Shown here: piece by piece, positions 7,866 through 15,300 of the stretch | How positions within the stretch are numbered: the stretch's first letter is position 1 | Layout: each line of letters starts with the position of its first letter | Source of the DNA: Candidatus Brocadiia bacterium | Lineage (GTDB): Bacteria; Planctomycetota; Brocadiia; SM23-32 | NCBI GenBank assembly: GCA_046538485.1 | Contig: JBKHIT010000067.1 | Location: 1 to 24,270 of the forward strand | DNA: 24,270 nt | Reading direction: 5' to 3' | The notes under the pieces: generated by a model | What the model was told of the DNA's origin: nothing | The model's database searches: none | What the model saw: only the letters and a program-made list of their open reading frames with translations | Made by a program: the position numbers and the translations under genes

Positions 7866-10628
7866 ATGAAATACAAAAGTATCCCATCAGCAATCGTCTA
7901 CACAGTACTGCTGGTGCTGGTCATCGGCATCGCGCCAGCACAGAAAACCCCAACTGCACGGAAACCGGCTGACGACTCCGTCCCGGTCTGCAGCACCCTC
8001 AGGTCCGCGCGGGAATTCCTTAAAAAGGCCCGGACGTCTCCCGAAATATACGCCGCGGATCTGTCCCGCGCCCAGAAAGGCCAGATACTCCGGGCGCAAA
8101 GTGAGAAACCGCTGCCGCCGGGACGTTACCGGCTCCATGCCCTGGTGGCGAGCCACCCCCACGGGACCATCATTGTCGACGCCGTCGAATTGCGCTTGCA
8201 GGCGAACGGCGCCCGGGCAAGTTTCAATCGCAAGCGCCATTTCCCGAAGCCCGGCAAGCTCGGACACGTGGCCGTGGATTTTCAACTCGAAAAAGAACAA
8301 AAAGCCAGGATCAAAGCCGACTGGTTTGTGGGCGATACTATGCTCGAAGTCGGCGGGAAAAAGAAATGGGAAGCGCGACGCATCTATCGGGCCCGCCGGG
8401 AAAACGCAATTATCAAACGACGACAAAAAGGCCAGTCCATCGACGCCATGGTTGGACATGGCGGCGATGATGGTCTCACCGAAGACCTTTCCATCGAAGA
8501 TGAGCCCCAAAAGCTCCGAAAACGCTCCGTAGAGGATTCCAAACTGCCCGAGTATAGACTCATGCTGGGCGGTCTGGTCATCGAGCGACTTAACCCCGTG
8601 CAGCTCATCGGCGTCACAACGCAACCCCAGATCCTTCAGCCACAGCAGACAGCGCAGCCAGTTGTAACCCTTCGCAATCTCTCGACCGACCCCGCCACCA
8701 CTACCTTGAGCGTGGGTTTCCGCGATGCGGAAGATGACGAACCGACGGGCGAGTTGCTTTCAACCGAGGTCACGCTAAAACCAGAGGAAAAGCGGAAATG
8801 GAAAGTGGACAAGACGCTGAACCTGGGAGGCGTGCGCCAGTTTTGCGAACTCACGGCCACGCTCGAAAAAAGCGAACTCCGCCCCCAGACAAAAACCTCT
8901 CTTCTCGCGATTCTGCCCTCAAAGCAAGATCCGCCTGACCTGCCAAAGAAGGCTTTCGCCCATTACATGGGGTGCTGGCCGGTGGCGACGGGCCCGATTC
9001 TGTGGCAGCTCAAAAACATCCACAATAATTTCAGCCATCAGAACTCCGGCGAGAAGGGCCGCTACGGCGGGCACGTGCGGAATTTCCCACTCGTCCCGCC
9101 GGATATGTCACTCAGCCTCGAGGAAAGCGTCGACCTGGAAATACGGCGGGCGTTGCGTATGGGACTGGACGGTTTCGCGATCGATGCCTGGGCCGGAAGC
9201 AACGACGCCAAAAATACCCTTAATGCGATGTTCAAGGTCGCGGAAGAAAAAGATTATCCCTTTGAAATCACCATCTGCCTCGACCCGGCCTGCGGAGGGT
9301 GGTCAAGCGCCGTCAAATATCTCATGGAACGTCACGGCGACAGCCCTAAACTCGCGCGACGGGACGGGAGACCTCTCATTTTTGGTTACCTCACGGGTTT
9401 CCATGTCCGCGGCCGGCTGCGAGGGAAATATCCAGACTTAAGCGACAAACAACGCCTCTCCCTTCTCGCCAAACCTGAGGGCTGGAAAGCACTCCGTGAG
9501 TTGCTGCAGGAATTCGACAGAGCGGCCGGCGAACGGTGTTACTACCACATCGGAATGCAGTATTTCTTTCATCAGGTTCCCGCTCACCTGCGCAGTCGGG
9601 AACGCACCCTCAGCGCCGTGCGGGCCTTCGCATCTTTCCCGGAAGTCGGCGCGATTGGGGCATTCTCACACACAGGTTACGGCTCCTTCGGGTCCCTGCT
9701 GCCCAAAATGGCCAGAGCCGTCAGGGAATCCGGAGCCGAATGGGAATGTCCGATTGGAATGTATCAGAAAGAAAACATCCCCTACGAAATGTTCGGTCCA
9801 AAAGGCACGGAATGGATCGATAGGTGCTGGAATGACGCCAGGAAACAAAACTCCACACTGCTCCAGCTGGTCACCTGGAACGACTACGGTGAGAACACCA
9901 TGATGGCACCGGCCTGGAACACACGATACACGTTCTACGATCTGACGCGATACTACCTGCAGTGGTGGAAAACGGGCGCGAAACCCCGGCTCGATCGCGA
10001 TCGCATGTATCTATCGTGGCAGAAATACCCCGAAGGTTCGAAAGTCTGGCCGTTCGACGTGAAATTCCATCGCAAAGGCGCCATTGAAGTGCTGACCTTT
10101 CTGAAAAAACCGGCTCTGGTCCGTCTTCCGGGCCGCGACGTGGAATATGAAGCTCCTGCCGGCAAACTCCGCCGCCAGTTCCCCCTCACCCCGGGTCCAA
10201 TCGTCGCAGAAATTGTGCGTGACGGAAAAGTCGTGCGCCGGCTGGAAAGTCCGGAACCGGTCACTGATCGTCCGTTCCGGGGAGATAACGGTCTGACATG
10301 TATCTCAACGGAATTCGAACGCCACTGGCGCGCCGATTTCGGGGATACCCCGATCTGGCATTACAGCGAATACGGCGATGCCGACGACGACGGGTTGCCG
10401 AACTGGTTCGAGATGTACTGGTTCGGCAAATGGCTTGATTTTTCCACCATGACCGACGCCGAACCGGACGCAGATCCGGACGAAGACGGCAAGACCAACC
10501 GGGAAGAATACCTGGCGCGAACCGACCCGACTCTGGGACATGTCTCGGCAGATCCAGCCGAACTTGAAAAGGAAATTGACAAAGAGAAGGACCAGGATTT
10601 CGACCTGCTTGATGAGCTGGAGGAATGA
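7866..10628 (+). CDS. Secreted GH71-like glycoside hydrolase with extra N-terminal beta/Ig-like domains, C-terminal Ca-binding TSP3-like module and acidic tail (paralogue 2)
   Basis: Likely ATG at 7866 (MKYKSIPSAIVYTVLLVLVIGIAPA signal peptide); the track start is GTG at 7854. Motifs KAFAHYMG, EIRRALRMGLDGFAIDAW, QLVTWNDYGE; C-terminus YGDADDDGLPNWFE...ADPDEDGKTNREEYLARTDP...DFDLLDELEE. Confidence 0.82.
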   Translation: MKYKSIPSAIVYTVLLVLVIGIAPAQKTPTARKPADDSVPVCSTLRSAREFLKKARTSPEIYAADLSRAQKGQILRAQSEKPLPPGRYRLHALVASHPHGTIIVDAVELRLQANGARASFNRKRHFPKPGKLGHVAVDFQLEKEQKARIKADWFVGDTMLEVGGKKKWEARRIYRARRENAIIKRRQKGQSIDAMVGHGGDDGLTEDLSIEDEPQKLRKRSVEDSKLPEYRLMLGGLVIERLNPVQLIGVTTQPQILQPQQTAQPVVTLRNLSTDPATTTLSVGFRDAEDDEPTGELLSTEVTLKPEEKRKWKVDKTLNLGGVRQFCELTATLEKSELRPQTKTSLLAILPSKQDPPDLPKKAFAHYMGCWPVATGPILWQLKNIHNNFSHQNSGEKGRYGGHVRNFPLVPPDMSLSLEESVDLEIRRALRMGLDGFAIDAWAGSNDAKNTLNAMFKVAEEKDYPFEITICLDPACGGWSSAVKYLMERHGDSPKLARRDGRPLIFGYLTGFHVRGRLRGKYPDLSDKQRLSLLAKPEGWKALRELLQEFDRAAGERCYYHIGMQYFFHQVPAHLRSRERTLSAVRAFASFPEVGAIGAFSHTGYGSFGSLLPKMARAVRESGAEWECPIGMYQKENIPYEMFGPKGTEWIDRCWNDARKQNSTLLQLVTWNDYGENTMMAPAWNTRYTFYDLTRYYLQWWKTGAKPRLDRDRMYLSWQKYPEGSKVWPFDVKFHRKGAIEVLTFLKKPALVRLPGRDVEYEAPAGKLRRQFPLTPGPIVAEIVRDGKVVRRLESPEPVTDRPFRGDNGLTCISTEFERHWRADFGDTPIWHYSEYGDADDDGLPNWFEMYWFGKWLDFSTMTDAEPDADPDEDGKTNREEYLARTDPTLGHVSADPAELEKEIDKEKDQDFDLLDELEE

Positions 10629-10662
10629 ATTGCCGGCAAAAGGCGAACTTGAGGAACAATTC

Positions 10663-10729
10663 AAAACGGTGTTCCGTCCGCCGGAAGGCGGACTGCTCAC
10701 CGCACTCCAGAGATGGCGCTCGCGCCATC
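10663..10729 (+). repeat. REP-like palindrome, family A, plus adjacent hairpin
   Basis: AAAACGGTGTTCCGTCCGCCGGAAGGCGGACTGCTCACCGCACTCCAG followed by the hairpin GATGGCGC-TC-GCGCCATC; homologous to the reverse complement of 12743-12800. Confidence 0.75.
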
Positions 10730-10809
10730 AGGACTCAGAACGCCGGACGCCAGTTGTAGCATTTTGTAGTTTCTTTCGATAAACGAATGCACACAAGAAT
10801 ATCAGGATA

Positions 10810-12663
10810 ATGGTTAAACGATTTCTCTACCGCTACCTATCGCCAGCTATCGTCCTCCTCGCGGTATTTTCCCTTTTCGGCACCGCCCCATTGCTCGGCG
10901 GGGAGAGAAAAACCAGGCGCAAAATCTACGCTCATTATTACGGGGCGTTTCCGTTCGCGCGGCGTGCGATGGCTCTGTACGTCCGGCACAACTACCATAG
11001 CATGTCGCCCGGCGATGAGAACAAAGATGGCAATCCGCTGCGCGCCATGCCCCTTCACAACCGCCGGCTGGTGGCGCACTGGGAACTTTCGCCCGACGAA
11101 AGCGCGGACATCGCCATTCGCCGCGCGCTCCGAGCAGGCCTCGACGGGTTCGCGGTCAACGCATGGTGCGGCGGTGGGGAAGGCCGACGAATGCTCCACG
11201 TGCTGATGAGAGTTGCAAAAAATAAAGACTACCCGTTTGAACTCACCGCTGCCCTCGATCCGTATGAAGTTTACGACATTTTCACCAATCCCAGTGCAAA
11301 TCCCAGCAATCCGCCCGGCCGGACCGTCGAAAAGGTCCTCCACGCAGCCGAATATGTGGTCACCAAATTCGGTGAACATCCGAAACTCGCCCGGCGGAAC
11401 GGCAAACCGCTCCTTTTTATCCACAACGGCAGGCTCCTCGCCCACTGTTACCGCGAAAGTCATGACAACACCAGCAGCACCATCTCCGCGTTGAAGCTGG
11501 CCTGCGAAGCAATCCAGAAACGCGTCGGACAACCCATCTACCTCGTGGTCGACGTTGCCGGAGTCTACCCGAGACAGAGCAAAGGGGTGCTCAGTCCGAA
11601 AGTGACCTCCCGACTCGCCCGTGAGGCCGCGAAAAAAATGAAGGCCGTGACGATTTTCCAGCCCAATGACGAACCCGATTGGGTTGCCCCTGGGAAAGCG
11701 GTTGAGAAAACCGGGGCCGAGTGGTGCTACCCACTCTGCTATCAATATGAAAACCTCGATTACCGGATCCGAGCCCACGCATTCAGTGTCGGCGGTGATC
11801 GGTTCCGCGAACAGTGGAGGAAAATCCGAGAAAGTGACACATCCCTGATCCTGCTCCACAGCTGGAACGATTACCGTGTGCTGAGCCACATTTCGCCTAC
11901 GTTCTCCCACAACTACGTGCCGCTCGATCTGACGGGCTATTTTGCCCGATGGTGGAAAGAAGGCGATCTCCCGGAGACAAAAGACGACAGGATCTACTGT
12001 CTCTACCGCCGCTACCCTCCCGGGACGCGCATCGCTCCGTTCAATAAATACTATCCCGAGCCCGAGCACGGGGCTCTTGAAGTGCTGACGATTCTGAAAG
12101 AGTCCGGCCGAGTGGTCTTGAAAGACCGTGGAGAGAACGGAGAGGATCTCGCCTGGGACGCACCCGCCGGGCTTTCGTTCCGGCAGTTCCCCCTGGAACC
12201 CGGCCCGGTGGAAGTGGAGTTACTCCGTAACGGCAAGAAAGAAAAGTCCCTGAGCTGCCCCGAACGGATAACCGACAGACCTTTCCGCCAGGACAACGCC
12301 CTTGTGGCGTATTCAACCGAATACATGAAACATTGGCAGGCGGATTGGGAGACGCCGCCACTGGATCGCAAAAATCAGAAACCCATTTTCTATTCCGAGT
12401 ATGGCGACGCCGACAGCGACGGACTGCCGAATTGGTTCGAGATGTATTACTTCGGAAAATGGAATGATGCGAAATCGAAAAAGCGCGCCGATCCAGAAGC
12501 CGATCCCGACAAAGATGGCAAAACGAATCGAGAAGAGTACCTGGCGCGCACCGATCCGAAGAAAAAAGGAAAAGGCATCCACGATCCTTCAAAGATGGGC
12601 AAAGATCTTGACGCCAACCCACCGGACGACAGCGGGATGCTCGACAATCTGATGGAGGAATAG
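10810..12663 (+). CDS. Secreted GH71-like protein with TSP3-like module and acidic tail; conserved Glu replaced (paralogue 3)
   Basis: Signal peptide; KIYAHYYG, AIRRALRAGLDGFAVNAW, HSWNDYRV (WNDYxE in the other four); C-terminus YGDADSDGLPNWFE...ADPDKDGKTNREEYLARTDP...GMLDNLMEE. Confidence 0.8.
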   Translation: MVKRFLYRYLSPAIVLLAVFSLFGTAPLLGGERKTRRKIYAHYYGAFPFARRAMALYVRHNYHSMSPGDENKDGNPLRAMPLHNRRLVAHWELSPDESADIAIRRALRAGLDGFAVNAWCGGGEGRRMLHVLMRVAKNKDYPFELTAALDPYEVYDIFTNPSANPSNPPGRTVEKVLHAAEYVVTKFGEHPKLARRNGKPLLFIHNGRLLAHCYRESHDNTSSTISALKLACEAIQKRVGQPIYLVVDVAGVYPRQSKGVLSPKVTSRLAREAAKKMKAVTIFQPNDEPDWVAPGKAVEKTGAEWCYPLCYQYENLDYRIRAHAFSVGGDRFREQWRKIRESDTSLILLHSWNDYRVLSHISPTFSHNYVPLDLTGYFARWWKEGDLPETKDDRIYCLYRRYPPGTRIAPFNKYYPEPEHGALEVLTILKESGRVVLKDRGENGEDLAWDAPAGLSFRQFPLEPGPVEVELLRNGKKEKSLSCPERITDRPFRQDNALVAYSTEYMKHWQADWETPPLDRKNQKPIFYSEYGDADSDGLPNWFEMYYFGKWNDAKSKKRADPEADPDKDGKTNREEYLARTDPKKKGKGIHDPSKMGKDLDANPPDDSGMLDNLMEE

Positions 12664-12742
12664 TCGTCGCTGCTACACAACTATAGAATATAGAATCATG
12701 AAGAGAGCGTTTGACCACTGTGAACTGCAAAAACCCCTCCAC

Positions 12743-13100
12743 GGAGCGCTTTCGGATTGCGGTGAGTAGGCCGCCATCCGGCGGGCCCAGCACCGCTTTC
12801 GCTTTCGTTCATAGCGATATAATGTCCGGCGAAACAATTATGGGAACGTTTTTTTCTTGATCTTAAGCTTGTTTGATTATCGTGGCATCTGAGATTTTCA
12901 TACCAATTGAAAGCGGCGCTGGCGCGCGCGCACTCCAAAGCCAGCGCGGAGCGCTGGCAGGGCAACACAAATATGCCGATGCCCGAGGAGCCGAAATGCA
13001 AAGCTCAGTTTCAGCAATCGTGAAATCCAAAACACTCCTGCGCGGAGCGCTTTCGGAGTGCGGTGAGGAGTTCCGCATCGCGGAACGGAGCACCGCTTTC
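12743..13100. repeat. Cluster of three family-A REP-like units in alternating orientation (12743-12800 -, 12904-12958 +, 13043-13100 -)
   Basis: Both minus copies read GGAGCGCTTTCGGA(T/G)TGCGGTGAG-[variable hairpin]-AGCACCGCTTTC on the + strand; the plus copy is CAATTGAAAGCGGCGCTGGCGCGCGCGCACTCCAAAG. Confidence 0.78.
12826..12894 (+). repeat. AT-rich 69-bp direct repeat, copy 1
   Basis: CCGGCGAAACAATTATGGGAACGTTTTTTTCTTGATCTTAAGCTTGTTTGATTATCGTGGCATCTGAGA; 65 of 69 positions identical to 18314-18381 (3 substitutions, 1 T-run indel). Confidence 0.9.
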
Positions 13101-13250
13101 ACTTTGCCGACAGTTGCCGTCAATCGTAAGTATTTTTCTCTCGAGGCACCAATAGCTTTTCCTAACATTACACTGATGCATTTCGCCCGACAAAACCACG
13201 AGATTGCGGATCGAAACGGCGCGCCTCACTCAAAAGCCCGATAGACCATC

Positions 13251-15038
13251 ATGAAACACAAAAATCAACTGCTGGCATTTACAATAACGCTGCTGATTCT
13301 GTTCGTTTCTCCGGAGACGCAGATTTCCAGATGTGCCGCGGGAGAAAAAAGAGAACGCAAGTTTTTCGCCCACTACATGGGCTGTTTCCCCGTCGGGCGC
13401 GGGGCGAGCCAGTACCACCGCCGCGAAGCGAAACGCTTCGGCGGCGAACTCCGCCAATACAACCTCGTCCCCTTCGATGCGAACCTCTCCCGACTGGAAA
13501 GCGCCGACCTCGAACTGCGTCGCGCGGCTCGCATCGGGCTCGACGGATTCGCCATCGACACGTGGGCGGGCGGGATTGAGGCCAAGAACACCCTCGACGC
13601 CCTTTTCTGGGTGGCCGAGAAAAAAGATTATCCCGTCGAAATTACCATTTGTATTGACGCCAGCTGTCTGTCCATGTCGCCCAAACCCGGCACCGTGGAC
13701 GCCGTGCGGTATCTGCTGGACGTGCACGGGGACAGTCTGAAGCTGGCCCGCCGCGACGGAAAGGTGCTGGTTTTTGGATACCAGTCGATCTGGCCGGGGG
13801 TGCAGCATCTGTGGGACGTGCTGGGGCCGAAAATCGGCTGGGATAAACGGGGCAAGATCGCGGCAGCCGTCGGCCGAATGCGGCGCACTCCGGAAGGCTG
13901 GCGGCATATCGCCGGTGGGTACCGGTGGATTGAAAAGCAGGTCGGACAACCCATCTACTGGCATTTCGGCATGGGCGCATTCTTCCACGGTGTGAGCCGG
14001 AAGAAAAATCAGTCCCTCTCGACCAGGAAAGCCGCGGGGGTTATCGCCGAAAAGCTGGACGCCGTCGGACAGTTCACCTGGGGAGGAAATGTCAAAGGTA
14101 TGGCCGAAGCGGTGCTGGCCGAAGGCAAAGAGTTCTCCGTGCCCATGCTACTCCAATACGAAAACAAAATGATGGGCCGTTCCTACGGCGGACCGGGCAC
14201 CAAAGCCATCCGGGGAAAATGGTCATTCGCCCGGAATCTCCCCAGCACGCTCATCCAATACACCACCTGGAACGATTACAACGAGAACACAATCCTCGCA
14301 CCCGGGCTGAAACTCCGCTACGCCTACTTCGATTTCACCGGGGAGATGATCCGATGGTGGAAAACCGGAGAACCTCCCACCAGCGATCACGACAAGATCT
14401 ACATATTCTCCCGCGATTACCCCCACAAAGCGCGCGTCTACCCCGGCAGCAGTATGGGCTGTGCGAAGGGGGCCCTGGAAATTATGACAATACTTCCCCA
14501 ACCCGCGACCGTCCGCCTGAAAGGCAGAGGCGAGGACGGCGAAGACGTCACGTGGGAAGCCCCGTCGGGGATGCACGCCCGGCAGTTTCCCGTCACGCCC
14601 GGACCGGTCATCGTCGAATTGCTCCGCGACGGAAAAGTCGCCAAACGGCTCGAACACCCCGATCCCATCACCGACAAACCCTGCACATTCAACGGCGGGA
14701 TCAATGCCTACTCCACGGAGTTCTACCGCCACTGGAAAGCCGATTTCGGAGATACCGACCCGGAACCGATCCTGCAAAGTCTGTATGGCGACGAGGACGA
14801 CGACGGGCTGCCAAACTGGTTCGAAATGCGCTGGTTCGGCACCGTTGGCGACTGGTCAACGATCACAAAAGCCCGCCCCAAAGCCGACCCGGACCGGGAC
14901 GGGAAAACGAACATCGAGGAATACCGTCAACAGTCGGACCCCACCGTCGGCCCCGTCAGTACGAACCCGGACGATTTCGAAAAAGGTTCCGACGAAGGCG
15001 ACGAAACGATGAATCTTCTCGATGAACTGGCAGAATGA
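13251..15038 (+). CDS. Secreted GH71-like glycoside hydrolase with TSP3-like module and acidic tail (paralogue 4)
   Basis: Signal peptide; KFFAHYMG, ELRRAARIGLDGFAIDTW, QYTTWNDYNE; C-terminus YGDEDDDGLPNWFE...ADPDRDGKTNIEEYRQQSDP...MNLLDELAE. Confidence 0.83.
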   Translation: MKHKNQLLAFTITLLILFVSPETQISRCAAGEKRERKFFAHYMGCFPVGRGASQYHRREAKRFGGELRQYNLVPFDANLSRLESADLELRRAARIGLDGFAIDTWAGGIEAKNTLDALFWVAEKKDYPVEITICIDASCLSMSPKPGTVDAVRYLLDVHGDSLKLARRDGKVLVFGYQSIWPGVQHLWDVLGPKIGWDKRGKIAAAVGRMRRTPEGWRHIAGGYRWIEKQVGQPIYWHFGMGAFFHGVSRKKNQSLSTRKAAGVIAEKLDAVGQFTWGGNVKGMAEAVLAEGKEFSVPMLLQYENKMMGRSYGGPGTKAIRGKWSFARNLPSTLIQYTTWNDYNENTILAPGLKLRYAYFDFTGEMIRWWKTGEPPTSDHDKIYIFSRDYPHKARVYPGSSMGCAKGALEIMTILPQPATVRLKGRGEDGEDVTWEAPSGMHARQFPVTPGPVIVELLRDGKVAKRLEHPDPITDKPCTFNGGINAYSTEFYRHWKADFGDTDPEPILQSLYGDEDDDGLPNWFEMRWFGTVGDWSTITKARPKADPDRDGKTNIEEYRQQSDPTVGPVSTNPDDFEKGSDEGDETMNLLDELAE

Positions 15039-15082
15039 ATAGGAGTTTTATGGGCATTGTGAAGCGTGTAGAAAGCAACAAC

Positions 15083-15206
15083 CACAGGCTGGAGAGCCTG
15101 TGCTACAGGCGTACCTGGGATTATTCCCCCGGCGAAATCCATAAAACTGATGTGGCACAGCCTCCTCGGGCTCCTTAGCCTTGCACGGAGGAGGCTCCAG
15201 GCTGTG
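15083..15206. repeat. Inverted pair of GTAG/GTGG-type REP-like palindromes (family B)
   Basis: CACAGGCTGGAGAGCCTGTGCTACA (15083-15107; reverse complement starts TGTAGCACAGGC) and TGTGGCACAGCC...GGCTGTG (15151-15206), the second with an enlarged internal hairpin (GCCTCCTC...GAGGAGGC). Confidence 0.7.
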
Positions 15207-15300
15207 GGCCAGGTCGCGAGACCCGGATGTTCCCCGCAGCTGGAAGTGAAACCCAATAAACCCATTCCCTGGCACCACGGAAAAACAGAAAGGCTCAGTC

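Noticed and set aside
12873..13244. Small intergenic ORFs (12873..13244, and similarly 18038..18379, 22398..22694, 24005..24230)
   Set aside because: They are largely translations of palindromic repeats, with no clear SD or protein-like motifs.
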